A stretch of 64,000 nt of DNA, from NCBI GenBank assembly GCA_028023455.1, contig JAQFVV010000006.1, positions 17,980,001 to 18,044,000 of the forward strand, in the 5' to 3' direction. Below the pieces are notes generated by a model. That model saw only the letters and a list, made by a program, of their open reading frames with translations. It was not told the DNA's origin and searched no databases. This document shows, piece by piece, positions 1-12,713 of this stretch (positions are counted from its first letter, which is position 1; every line of letters starts with the position of its first letter). Source of the DNA: Epiperipatus broadwayi (Eukaryota; Animalia; Onychophora). The translations under genes and the position numbers were made by a program.

Positions 1-1354
1 GTTAAGACCTTAAATTTGAACCATAGCTTAAACTTAAAATATCTTTTGTTACTAAAATATTTTTGGGAATGGAGATAGTTGTGACTATATATGCAACTGT
101 TTTATTTAGTCATTATTAATAAGTTATTAATTTTTTTATTTATTAATCTATTTAGTTTGTGTTTGTAAATCAGTCCAAATATATGATTTTGACAAGCATA
201 TGCTAGTTAATATCCACAGCCCTGAGAAATCATGCAATCCACTGGGTGGCATGCTGAGATGGTGGTAATAATTGATGAGGTTCATTCCTTTAAAAAAACA
301 TTTCCAAAAATAAACGTTTTTTTTAGGAGATTTTGTACTGAGTTTCTTTTTATTGAAACTGGAAAATAAATAACATACTTTTGGGAGTTCTTGTATTTTT
401 AAATTATAAATCACCATCATCATATTGGATAATATTATTTATATTTGAATTAAAATTTCTATTTTAATTTTATTAATCATTCAACTTTTATTTATTGAAT
501 TAAAGTACGCATCTTGAAGATTTTATTATGTATATGTGCATATCTTTGATTGTATGCATATTCCTGGTTCAAACCTGTCTTCTGTCTATCTTGTCAAAAA
601 AATATCATTGCAATACATATATAAGTATCTAAATACTATTACTTAATAATATCTATTTTATACACTGGCCAAAAAATATATCTAAAACATAGTTTGCAGT
701 AAGAAAGTATGTGTTCTTATCAGCAATGAGCTACTCACTAGCCCAAACTGTGTAAAGTATATGAAAGAAAAGTAATACAATTATTGACCCAAGAACACAC
801 AACAGCCAGAGAATTGTGAAAAGGCCTTGTTATTAACCAGAGATTATGTGGATGGCCATATAAGTGTACTTCTGTTCTTGAGATTTGGAAGATTATGAAA
901 ATAATTTCACTGGCAGCTTTTTGGAAAATTTAAAAATGAAACCATTTTTATGAAAATAATGCACACTGGGGGTAAAACATTTTATTGCTAAATAACCCAT
1001 TTCAGAGGAAAGTTTCTCCAATAGCTACTCTTACAGGATTAATTAGTCAATTTTTTACTAGAGTTGCTAATAGTTGGGTGAAGTTTGAGTAGTTTTCTAT
1101 TCTTATTTTACAGTCTCAATAAAACAGCTAGCTACTCATTGGCCATTTAATAATGGTTAATTAAATGGATTGGTTATAAGTTATCTATCTAAAAGTATTA
1201 AGACTAGCTGGAAATTGGAAAAAAAATTGGATGATGCACATAAATGTGAAATTAGAGTAAGCATAAAGCCACACTGAAATTAAGTAAAAAAATATTGAGC
1301 ACCTATTGTTAAATTTCTCAGGATTGCAGGTGAGCTTAATTTGGAACTTTATAA

Positions 1355-1830
1355 ATAGTGATCATGTGATATTTTGATGGTTTTTATTTCTATCCTGCCT
1401 ATAAGATAATGGTGACTGAGGTTTTTGAAAAACCGAAGACACCAAAATGTATAGATGCTGAACTAAGTTAAAATCTATATGACTACATAAGTGAATGAAC
1501 TTGGGTTGAAAATATTATTGTGTTTTCAGCTTTGGATCCTAGCTTTATAGTTAACCAAACAGGTAAAAAGTAGTTGCTGGAGGATAGCATTAGTTCCTAA
1601 GATCTATGTGCAGTACTCTCACATTCGTGTCTCCTCACTGATGAAAGTCACAATCTAGAAACTATTGAGGATATTGGATGAGTAGATACTAGATTAGGGA
1701 TTTAATTTTATGCATAAGCTCTATTGATTTTGAGGCTTGTACTCAGTGGAACTATTGTATGGAGAATTTGCTACTGTTATTAACAGCCTGTGTAAGCATA
1801 TGAAATGGTAATCAGGTGATATTTTGATGG
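1355..1830 (+). mobile_element. Family A element, diverged monomer with damaged HHR
   Basis: CTCCTCA-CTGATGA-AAGTCACAATCTA-GAAACTATTGAGGATATTGG at 1631-1678; flanks collinear with other copies. Confidence 0.75.
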
Positions 1831-2086
1831 CTTCATAAGATAAATACTTTTTAAGTTGTAAAATATTTTTTTTAAATAATACATATGCAATCAATAAATA
1901 GCACTTTAAAATTAGTGTAAAGTGGAACTGTTTTTATTTAAGTATCAAATAGAAATACATTTCTATTCAAAATAGTTTTTATATAGATTTTTTAAAAAAT
2001 ATTCTGCCTAAAAATAAGTGAATATGTCTATAAAATTAAACTCATATTTTTTCATCAATGAACCTTGATGTTAACTTACACTAGAT

Positions 2087-2522
2087 CAGTGGTTCCCAAT
2101 GTGGAGCATGTATAACAGGGGAGAAATTTGATTTTTAAGGGGGCAATTTGTGAATGAGTTCTTAACAGTGAACCTTTTTTGGATTTTTTTTAGTTATTAG
2201 CAGTAAAAACCTGCTAATTGTTCTTATATCTTATTATTCATAAATTAGGTTAAGAATGTTTCTTAAATATCTGTCTTTTTTGCACATCTTCTTCCCTGTG
2301 TTTTTTCTGTTTAGATAACCTTTATTCCTCTCCATTGTTATTTGGAGCATGTTAAGTGGCTTGAAACTCCATTGTGCTTCAACTTTTCTTTCATTAATGA
2401 CCCTTTAGGTTTCCTCATATAAATAGGAGTTCACTTTTTAAATAATAAGAATTATATGTCATTGGAGAGGGGCATCAGAATTTTAGAGATGGAGCCTAAT
2501 AAAAAAAGGTTGGGAAACAGTG
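2087..2522. mobile_element. hAT-type MITE
   Basis: TIRs CAGTGGTTCCCAA / TTGGGAAACAGTG; 8-bp TSD CACTAGAT / CCCTAGAT. Confidence 0.8.
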
Positions 2523-3831
2523 CCCTAGATTACTGAAGCATCTTCTTTTGATAAAATTTAAATAAAAAAGATTAATTGCAATAGAATTTATCCATGTTAA
2601 ATGTAGTCCTGAGTTATTTCTAATGCTTAAATATCACACGATCTTCTCGGCAAGTAATCATTTAATTTTAGTGAGATTTCAAAGCTGCTTGAATTCAAAT
2701 TTATACAATGCTATAATTGAAAAAGCAACATTTGGTAGTAATTAATCTTTGCTAGTTATCCTCTTAACACAATTTGGTTTGTATTTCACTATTTGAAGTT
2801 ATATCTAAATACAAGAATTGAATGGCTTTGTTTCCTGGGAGTTTAGAGGTAGTTCAAGATCAGAGGTGACAGAATGCAATCCATGGATTTTAAAGACCAG
2901 AATCTATTAATCTACCTAAACCATATAGGATAATATATAATAATATACTTATTTTAATTCTGGTAGTTCATAAAGTTTATTATCTAAAGTACTTACATAT
3001 TAGTCCAATGGTGAGATTTCACATATGTATTAGTCCAGCAATATTTGGAAAAATGATGATCTCTAAGTTTATTTAGTGGAAATGATGCAAGCATCTACTA
3101 ACATGCATTTATGTTCTTTGTGAAAAATTATCTTCCATTATATAAACTTATAAAGATTTTTTATTTTGAAAAATGACCACCTATAACTTTTAAAAAGTGG
3201 AAATGAAGCAAACACATTTACATTTTTTGCTAGAAATGATCTTCCAAGAAGTAAACTTTTATCAGTCTAAATTTATTACAAGTTGTGATCAAATCCTCCA
3301 AAAATCATATACAAATATTTATCTGTGCAATTCTGTATCTATTTACCAAATGTTGTTTCTTAGAGTCACTGCTATAGACTGAACTTTCTTACCTCAAAGC
3401 ACATTCAGTTAGAATGGCTACTCTCTGTCAATAATCCTAAATGAAGCACCACCATTGTTTGGCCATAAAATTACAACAAAATCAACATTTCAACAAAAAC
3501 TTTATTCTCATCAGAATATTATCTAATATTCACTTAAAGTGATTATTTAATATCTTCACACTTTCACTTTCAAACACTTAAGATTCGCCCATACAAAAGC
3601 GTTTGGGTTCGAAAAGATAGATGGCCATTCTATCTTTTCCAAAGACTTTATCATGTGGTTGAAGTGTTAGTATTCATTCATTTTATATTTAAAATCCAAA
3701 GCACATGTGCAACAATTTAATGCTGTTTAAATATTATTCTTAGAAGATTGTAAATATGTTTGATTTGGTCATTGTTTACACATTTGTTTGCACCAATGTA
3801 TTTCATCAATGCCAGAATAATATGTAATTAC

Positions 3832-3879
3832 CTGTCCAAATATAGAAGTTTTCGTAAAAATTTAGCCAATAATGTAAAC
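3832..3879 (-). CDS. Candidate 48-nt exon
   Basis: TTATTAG| ... CAG|GTAATT; open as LHYWLNFYENFYIWT or FTLLAKFLRKLLYLD. Confidence 0.33.
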
Positions 3880-4001
3880 CTAATAATTTTAAATATTTGA
3901 CAAACATTGAATAATTTTATAAAACATATTTAAATAATATTTTAATTTGCGAAGCACAGATAGTTGAAAATTGAAATAAATTGCAGTGAGGTTCTGCAGT
4001 A

Positions 4002-4520
4002 GCTCAATTTATTTCAAAACATATTTATATAAATTCATTGAAAAGCAGTCAACAATACCAATGTCAATACAATCAATAATTTCAATCTGTTGTCAAAGCA
4101 ACAGATTGATATTGTTTAAGTGTTGACTGCTTTCAATGAATTTACATTTATAAATCTATCTAGCATTGAGCATTATTAGCTTTATTATTTTAGTAACATA
4201 TTGTTGGTATGCAGTTTATTATTCTGCTTTTAGAACAGGGTATATTTACCAGTTTAATGAAGTTTATTTAAACTTGTTTCTATCAGTAATTTCATTCTCT
4301 GGGGTCAAGTTGCAATTTTTAGTGACTATATAAACATATTAAACCATAAATAAAAGTGAAAAATTCCATTTAAGGATTTTCATCTTTATTGTTAAAAGGG
4401 GATTATCTTGACAATAAATTGAGAATGTTGATTGCATTAATATTATTTTTTAAGTATTGACTGCTTTCAATAAATTTACATTTATAAACCTATTTAGCCT
4501 TGAGCATTATTAGTTTTATT
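4002..4520. repeat. Fold-back (4002-4172) plus ~335-bp direct repeat of its right arm
   Basis: CAATCTGTTG..CAACAGATTG centre; TTGACTGCTTTCAAT..TTGAGCATTATTAG at ~4123 and ~4457. Confidence 0.7.
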
Positions 4521-4574
4521 TATATATATCTCAATTTAATAATAGACAATGAGGTAAGATGTAAATTACTTATT

Positions 4575-4735
4575 ATTATTATTATATAGAAGCTAAATCC
4601 ACAGTCAAGATGTATTGGACCTTCTTTTGATTAGTAGTAGCTTGGATAGGTTTACTATTGTTTTTATTCAATTTTAAGAACTGCTCTGGTTAGTTGCTGC
4701 ACATCAATATACCTTGGTTGTGGATTTAACTTCAT
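4575..4735. repeat. Short fold-back element (~30-bp imperfect inverted ends)
   Basis: GAAGCTAAATCCACAGTCAAGATGTATTG / CAATATACCTTGGTTGTGGATTTAACTTC. Confidence 0.55.
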
Positions 4736-4895
4736 ATATACACATAACAGTTATTCCATTTACTAATTAATTTGCATATATATATATATATGTAATAAAT
4801 AAAGTTTGATATCTGTATTCGTTTCACAATATATGTAATATACAAATCAATATATATATCAAAATACAGTACAATTTATATAAATTATAATCTTT

Positions 4896-4938
4896 TAGAA
4901 GTACTTTCGACTATATACTTTGTAGTCTTTATCAACTA
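4896..4938 (-). ncRNA. Mirror copy of the U3-A8 hammerhead
   Basis: Left arm of the palindrome, one substitution in the stem II loop. Confidence 0.62.
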
Positions 4939-5408
4939 TATAACGTTGAATAATCAAAACGAGACAATCCTTAACAATACCCATAGTTCAATTCAGATTT
5001 CCCACAATTCTGTTATCTTAACATTTGATGACTGGCGATTCATTAACATTTGACGATTTCTTGAAATCAACATAACCTCTTTTATTTTACGTTTATTATG
5101 ACAATGTTCAATTTGAATAATTTTCATATTTTTATAATCAAATTTAAATCCATATTGACAAGATTTATTTTGATCAAAATAAATCTTGTCAATATGGATT
5201 TAAATTTGATTATAAAAATATGAAAATTATTCAAATTGAACATTGTCATAATAAACGTAAAATAAAAGAGGCTATGTTGATTTCAAGAAATCGTCAAATG
5301 TTAATGAATCGCCAGTCATCAAATGTTAAGATAACAGAATTGTGGGAAATCTGAATTGAACTATGGGTATTGTTAAGGGTTGTCTTGTTTTGATTATTCA
5401 ACGTTATA

Positions 5409-5451
5409 TAGTTGATAAAGACTACAAAGTGTATAGTCGAAAGTACTTCTA
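5409..5451 (+). ncRNA. Minimal type I hammerhead, U3-A8 variant
   Basis: UAG-UUGAUAA-A-GACUA CAAAGUGUA UAGUC-GAAAG UA CUU^CUA; palindromic stem III AGUACU. Confidence 0.65.
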
Positions 5452-5639
5452 AAAGATTATAATTTATATAAATTGTACTGTATTTTGATATATATATATT
5501 GATTTGTATATTATATATATATATATACACACATAAACATTGAGTGGAAAGTGAGATGACTAATAAAATGAAGTTATTTACCCATAAAAACATTCAATGA
5601 TACAAACTGAAATCATTTATTATAATTAAAAATAAGATA

Positions 5640-5815
5640 ATATGTACATAGGGACATTTACTAATAAAAGATAATGTCTCTATACACAGGAATATTTAGT
5701 AATAGAAAATGAAGTTTCTTATATACAGGAACATCAAAAAATAGAAATGAGATGATGTACATTCAAAAACATTCAGTAATAAAAGACACTTACTAGGAAC
5801 ATTCAGTAATAGAAG
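5640..5815. repeat. Degenerate ~40-bp minisatellite
   Basis: Recurrent AGGAACATTCAGTAATA(G/A)AA units. Confidence 0.55.
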
Positions 5816-5834
5816 GAGAGTATACTTACATATA

Positions 5835-6060
5835 AGGTTTTTTAAATATAGGGATTTGAACTCAGACTATCAAGCAACCTTCAACTATCCACACTATCTA
5901 ATATTACTGATACACATGACTACACACTTATCTTTTTTACATGTGTGTTGTCATGAGTATCAGTAGTATGAGATAGGGTGGATAGTTGAAGGTTGCTTGA
6001 AAGTCTGAGTTCAAACCCCTATATTTACAATTAAGTTCCAGGTATAAGTATGCCTGTATT
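5835..6060. mobile_element. Family D-related fold-back (post-HHR segment only)
   Basis: TATAGGGATTTGAACTCAGACTATCAAGCAACCTTCAACTATCC ... GGATAGTTGAAGGTTGCTTGAAAGTCTGAGTTCAAACCCTATA. Confidence 0.7.
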
Positions 6061-7039
6061 TCAAATCTTATAAGGTGTTTTAATAATATATGTGGTCACT
6101 GACCTAAGAAACTTTTAATAATAGAAAATGAGGTAAGATGAGATTTTGGAATTATTTTTAAAAGATAAGAATATTAGAACTTTATTATAAATTTTGCAAA
6201 ACCAAAATTCATAAAAATATGATCCAATTATATCACTTGGAAAAATTATCAATTAAAACAAATCAATTTATATTTCTACACTAAAGTAAAAAAAATCTTA
6301 AAAAGATTTGAAATCTGTTATACCAATTCAATTTACAAACATCCTGCACATTTCCTGACTGGGGATTGGAAGATCCCAGGACCGATTCTAACATTCACAG
6401 TTTCTGTAGCTTGAACTTCTTATGAACACTTGAGCAATAAAGCCATATGCATTTTGTTTTTAATTTATAAGCATGACTTTAGCATGTTTGTATAAATAAA
6501 TGCATTGTATTCACAACTCTGCCAATGATTTTTCTTCACATGCAGGTATCATGTGTGGTTCAGAGTAGTAATAGAGAGATGCACTCTAAAAAGATAAATA
6601 TTCCTGCTACTCAGATATAAAAAAATCAGTTTAATCGAGTGCTGTGCTTGGGCTGTTATATTGATACTCATATGTCACATGACTGTCTGAACAATGGCAT
6701 TTGTCACATGCTCCCACAAAAAGTATAATAAAGGCAGAATGCCAATAGTCTGTTATTCAAAATTATCCAAAAATATTTCAAAGGTAACCACTAATCTTTT
6801 ATAATAAATAAATCAGTTTACATACATTTACAAATAAATTTTTAAAAAACCATTTAGTTAATACTTGTAAATTAATAAGTCTAATTATAATGAATTGCTT
6901 GTTTTTTCCCCCCATCTTAGCAGACTTAGAGTTCATAACAAAGGGTAAAAAATCTATTATTTAAAAAATCCACAAATTCCAAAAAGTCATGAAATCAAAG
7001 ACTTTGGATTAATGTTATTTTTAAATGTAAGCCAATAAA

Positions 7040-7200
7040 TATCACATGATCACCACTTTTAGGCCACAAGCCAAAAACTAGTCTGGGGATATTGGATGAG
7101 TAGGCACTAGATGGGAATTTTATGCACAAGCCATGGCATCCATTGATTACTCTAGCTTGCACTCAGTGGCACTACTGTATGGAGAGTTTTGCCTATTTTT
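7040..7200 (+). mobile_element. Family A fragment starting inside HHR stem II
   Basis: GGCCACAAGCCAAAAACTAGTCTGGGGATATTGGATGAGTAGGC...GGAGAGTTTTGCC. Confidence 0.75.
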
Positions 7201-7829
7201 AAATGTAATATTGAAAGCTAAATAGGTTTGTCTATATCAATCCAATCTCTTCAGTAATATATCTTTCAAATATTAAATTTTTATCAATCTTCCATTATTA
7301 AAATTGTGTTGTACTTGTTATTTTAACTTTTGTTTATTTAATCTATTTTGGGTGTGTTTGTTTTATTTTTCCTCGTTTATTCTATATATTTTCAAATTAT
7401 TAAATAAAATGTATATCATTATACGTTTATTATTCTACTCAGCTTATCTATGAACAAAGAACCAAACATTTATATATTCACATTTTGTATTAACTCGTAC
7501 ATTACTACTCATATAGTAATAAAAATAATTATTCTGTAACTTTTCTTATGATATCCATACTAATATGAGATGAGTTTACTATCCTAATATGAGATGAAAG
7601 CCACTGCACAGAAGCTGATCTGGAATGTGAGTATGGAAGTACAATCTGGTAACTTTTTAGATTTGTAGATAGTGGCACTGAAATGAAAGGGTAGAGTGAA
7701 TTATTGCCTCTCAAAATATTTATAACTAAATTAATCAAAATTATTGTTTTGCAATCATTTTGTTCAGCTTACTTCAATCATTAAGGTTTCCACAAAGACC
7801 CTGTCATTATAATGATTATCTATTGAATA

Positions 7830-8390
7830 TTAAACCACTAAATATCATATAATCACCATTTTTATGCTTGTTCATAACTGTTATTAAAACAAGCAAAACT
7901 CTCCATACAGTAATACCACTCAATGCAAGCCAGAGTAATCAATGGATGCCAGAAGGCTTGTGCATAAAATCCCTATCTAGTGTCTACTCATCCAATATCC
8001 CCAGACTAGTTTCTGGCTTGTGACCTTCATCAGTGAGGAGCCTTGGATCTGAGAGCACAGCACCTAGTGCAACCCTCCAGAAGCCACCTTTTATCTCTAT
8101 TTAACTACAAAACTATGAGAATAAAATTGAAACACAATAATATTTTCAATCTAAGCTCATTAGCCTATATAATCATATAGGTCTGAACTCAATTCAATAC
8201 CCATTCATTTTGGTGTCTTTATTACTTTAATAAGCATAGTCATCACTATCCTATTAGGCAGGATTGGTATTAAACCACTAACATCACATGATCACCATTT
8301 CTTATGCTTGCTTGTAACTGTTCTGGTATCCATTGATTATTCTGGCTTGCACTGAGTGGCACTACTGTATGCAGAGTTTTGCCTGTTTTA
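7830..8390 (-). mobile_element. Family A element, full monomer plus inverted 3' segment
   Basis: Collinear with 48833-49290; CATCACATGATCACC-like motif recurs ~437 bp apart; 8322-8390 is an inverted copy of ~7880-7950. Confidence 0.85.
7990..8048 (-). ncRNA. Type I hammerhead ribozyme (family A), intact
   Basis: AUCCAAGGCUCCUCA-CUGAUGA-AGGU CACAA GCCA-GAAAC UA GUC^UGGGGAUAUUGGAU. Confidence 0.87.
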
Positions 8391-11279
8391 ATATTTATTG
8401 GATACTTCTGCACTCGATGACAATGGGCTTCTGCGTTTCTGTAATTATATATTCAATGATTCAAATTTCAATATTTTATTTTTATTTTTTCTCTCTTTCT
8501 CTATTTTTTCTATGGAGTTAGAATGGCTATATTTGTTTTCAGATACCTGCTAATAATTCAATGGACTACTGTTCAGAAGTATATACGACGATCGAGTGTT
8601 GAAAATAAAGAGCTGGGTGATAATCCATGGATTTTGAATTTCGCTCTGCTATTCTACCTCTCCACCAAACTATGCATGTCAAAGAGCCTATTAATGATGA
8701 TGATGATGATTTTATTGCCTGGTTACTTTGCCTTCTGGCAAAAAACATAGATATGACTCTTTGTTTATTACACAGCTTTTATTAAGCAAAACATTAGCTT
8801 TATACATTTAAATGTTTTATTATATATCTTTAAAAAAGAATATTATTTTCAAATGTGATCTCATCACCTAATTTAATGTTATATTAATTTAAAATTCTAA
8901 CTATTATTTTTAAAAAAATAATAATGAAATAGTTTTTTTTATCTAAAAGTAATAAATATTTTTTCTTTTTAAATTTATCTTTTTAAAATAATTTTTAATA
9001 TATAAAAAAAGATTCAATATTGCAATAAAAGAAGTTGAAAAAACAAAATTGTATTTAAAAAAAAAGAAACTTTGTTTTCATTATTGCTTTTCCATTCATC
9101 TCTTAAACATTACATTTCCATCTCCTAGAAGTCTGGGATTCACTTCCTGTTTCTCTCTCACATAGAATAAATTAGTGAATATTTTATGCTTCCTATTTTT
9201 TACTTCACTTCCTGTCTATTTAATTGTAATAACATTCAGTGGTCATGTGATTGTTTATAATATCAAATACCTTATAAAAAACGAAAATGTGAACATTTAT
9301 AATTAACAATAGGTATTTTTATTTATAAAATACATTTTAGCAATAAATATATAATTTAAAATAATTATTTTTATTTTATAAAATATGTTTTAAAAAAGTA
9401 CAACCTTCATTTTAAATTCTCTTTTTACCACTTTCAGTATGATAATATATTATTTAAAATTTATCGTATTTAAAGAGAATTCATACGCTTAAATGAACAA
9501 CAATAAACATCATGTGACTTCTTTTCTTGCACTTAACATATGCTTTCAAATGCAGATTTTTTATTCTACTCCAGGGCCATCTATAAAAATCTGGAATAGA
9601 ATGGAGCAGAGTGAAGAAATGCTTTTGGAAGCATATGCTAAATGTAAACAAAAGTGCTTAGTCAGAAAGAAAAAAGTTGCATGGATGCTATAAAACTAAG
9701 AGCACTAAAGTATATAGTTATTGATCTAGGATCAGATTTATGTAACTATACCTGAAAGTTAGCTTGAGTTCAAAACCTTAGGGTATTTTTGAATTTCAAA
9801 AATTTAGTTTTATAATATAAATAAGTTAACTAACTACTAGATATATAGATAATCAAATCTAAACTTTTCAATGACAAAGTGTGTTAACATAATAACATTA
9901 TTTATTGTTTGTTGGTGTCTCAAGCTTACTATTTGCTTAAAATAGAGTGAAGGGAAATCCACCTCTTAAGTATATATATATGTATATGTTTTTAACTATT
10001 TATATATAGTTGGCATTATGTGTGTGTTTATGTATCAATGGCGGCTAATCCATAACCGATGCAGGCTTACCCCCCCCCTCAAAATGAAATTTACTATTTT
10101 ATTACCATCATTCTTAAATTCTTACATATTGATTTTACCCAAAAAAAATTTTGTTTTTTTAATAAAATATCCAGGATGATATCTTATAAATGTATTGTGT
10201 AGCAGTCATTGTCTAATGTAGAGTTAGTGCCAATATTAAATGCTATAACTGTATTTAATACAGCCGGTACCAAATTGCATAATCCATATAGAGAGCCATC
10301 TAGTGGAAATACTATTGTGACACTAACACCTGATTTATACGAAATTTGTGCTGTTAACATTACAGTCAAAGTACCTTGATACTACATGAGTATAAACAAT
10401 ATAAAGTAATATTCTCATTGCTAATGTTATTGCCATAGGTAAATATTGTGCAGTTTTTCTTTTTTTCTACTTAATTTTAGCATATAATTCATATCTATTT
10501 AGAAATGACTGAACAAAAAAAAATTAAATATTTGCTAAACATAAAATTTTCTTGATTAGAATTACAGAAAAAAAATTGAAATTAAAGCATTGGGATATCT
10601 TACACCTGATTTAAACATCTTTTATGCCACAAAAAATAGAGCATAGAGTTACATATGAAAATTTAAGTCTTTTTAAAAATGTATTATAACTTTTTTTTAG
10701 TTAAAAAAATATTTTATTGTTAACAAACAACTATATACAAATATTAACATATTTACAGTAGAATAAATTTGTTATATAGGAAAAGTATGATGATACGGTT
10801 AACATAATGGTACAGGTAACACAATAAATTGTTTAATTGCCATGAAATGTGATCTAAATTTGAAGAGTGACAAATTCTAATATTATATAATCATGATAAC
10901 TAAACTGAAGAATAGTCCAGACATTTATTTTCCAAGAGTGAAATCTGATGGGGAGTGTTGGTCATGATGTCCTTGGATAAAAATTTGTGAAAGTATAGGT
11001 ATGAGTTAAACCATTCCTTGTTATTATTTTTTTTAGTACATTGTATTTTTTATTAGCAAATATAGAACAGTTGGCAAGTCATATAGTCTGAAAAATTTTC
11101 TTATATTTATAACAAGCATAATTAGTTAACAGATTTTACTATGAAACATGCTTTCTTTTTTTATGCCTTGTGTTTACGATAGAATGATTTACAACTAAGT
11201 TAAACTTTAAGTAAGAAATAAATAAACACAATAAAAATGTGAAAAGAATCTTGATGTTTTGTCTAAAATTATAGATTGT

Positions 11280-11680
11280 ACAGTATTTTGTAATAAATTT
11301 AAACTATGTCTGCAGGAATATAACAAAAATGGATAGTCAATGAGTTACAGAGATTTTAGAAAATTATTAGAATATGCAAGAACATTAGATCATTTTTAAA
11401 AACTCTGCAAAATAAATTTGAGATTGCAAATTTTAAATGTGAGTGACGAAGAAATATGTAATGAACTATATTTTGCTGTCATGACAGCCGATGTTTTAGA
11501 ATCTCCTCAGCAAATGATTGATTTCCATTATAAATAGGAGGTATAGTATTTGAAAGATTCTGAGATTTTTTAAACCCAAATCATAAAATAGTGAAGATTT
11601 GGCAGAATGTACTTGAGAACAATTAAAAATTATGTTAAATGCTGAACATGATGAATACATTGCACAAACATGTTGGTGGG
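11280..11680 (+). mobile_element. hAT transposase remnant
   Basis: ...AE.....IKNYVKC*T resembles AERSFSKLKLIKNYLRSTM. Confidence 0.4.
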
Positions 11681-11719
11681 ATGAGTGGAGAAAGAGGAGG
11701 TGTACAAACAATTATAAAA

Positions 11720-12100
11720 CAATCATACAGAAATGCATATTTTATAGAGTGTTATGTTAAGTATGGAGAGATGCATGTTGGGAATAACAAGAAGAGATCA
11801 AAAACACAATATATTGGTAAGAGAACAAACAGGTGTTACTGGCCTCAAGACTGAAGTGGAGTTGGGCTGGACATATTGCTAGAAGAGATGATAATAGATG
11901 GACAATTGAAATCCTAAACGGGATTCCAAGAGATTATAAAAGACCCAGAAAAAAACTACATGTGAGATGGATGGATGAAATAAGAAAGTATGCAGGGATG
12001 ATGTGGAAAAGAGAAGCTAAAGATTGGAGAAGATGGATTGAACTTGAAGAGACTTTCATCCTGCAATGGATTGATAATGGTTGATGATGGTGATGATGAT
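11720..12100 (+). mobile_element. RTE-clade LINE 3' end
   Basis: LKWSWAGHIARRDDNRW...FILQWIDNG* then TGATGATGGTGATGATGAT tail. Confidence 0.88.
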
Positions 12101-12289
12101 ATTAACCAATTTAATGAAAAAAAATTACATCACAAATTTTACAAGTTTGATTTTTTTTAGTAATCTTGTTGCATTATGTGCACTTTCCTCCCAAAATTAC
12201 ACCCATGCTTAGTTGCAATGCATATCTTTTATACACAACAGTGTCACCTAATATAAGCTCTAATAATAAATAATTGTTAAAAAGTTGTG

Positions 12290-12650
12290 TTAAATAATCC
12301 ACATCCAGTGCCTTTCAACTCAATATTGCCAGACTAGTTTTTAGCTTATGGCTTTCATCAGTGAGCAGCCTTGAATTTGAGAGCAGTGCATCTAAATTTT
12401 TGGATCTAATGAAGCTCTCCAGCATCAACTTTAACTGTAAAGCTAACAGCCCAAATTGAAACACAATAATATTTTCAATCCAAGGTAATTTACTTTATAG
12501 CCATACAGATTGAATCCAGTTCAGTATCTATATATTTTGTTTTTTTAAAACTACATTTACCATTATACGTTGTCTAAGATTGTTATTAAACCTTAAAACA
12601 TCATATAATTGCCATTTCTTTATGCTTACAGACATTATTAAAACAGTACC
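12290..12650 (-). mobile_element. Family A fragment, diverged
   Basis: CCAGACTAGTTTTTAGCTTATGGCTTTCATCAGTGAGCAG and downstream ACACAATAATATTTTCAATC block. Confidence 0.7.
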
Positions 12651-12713
12651 AAAAATAGTCAAAATAAGAGTCATAGATCACATGACCCAATTTTCTTAAG
12701 CTTGTAAGATATA

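Larger units (their letters stand above)
4835..5515. mobile_element. Penelope-like 3' end inserted as near-perfect head-to-head palindrome (centre 5173/5174)
   Basis: ~340-bp arms with only a handful of mismatches and no spacer; 5172-5354 (+) reads DQNKSCQYGFKFDYKNMKIIQIEHCHNKRKIKEAMLISRNRQMLMNRQSSNVKITELWEI*, the C-terminus typical of PLE GIY-YIG ORFs. Confidence 0.85.

Noticed and set aside
210-266. Possible plus-strand exon PEKSCNPLGGMLRW
   Set aside because: Splice signals only moderate and no supporting neighbouring exon within the window
3590-3645. CTTAAGA...CGAAA hairpin as a hammerhead
   Set aside because: G5 missing and no stem I pairing
6335-6425. Minus-strand peptide ETVNVRIGPGIFQSPVRKCAGC resembling a DnaJ zinc-finger segment
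   Set aside because: Weak splice sites, no neighbouring DnaJ exons, similarity too short to trust
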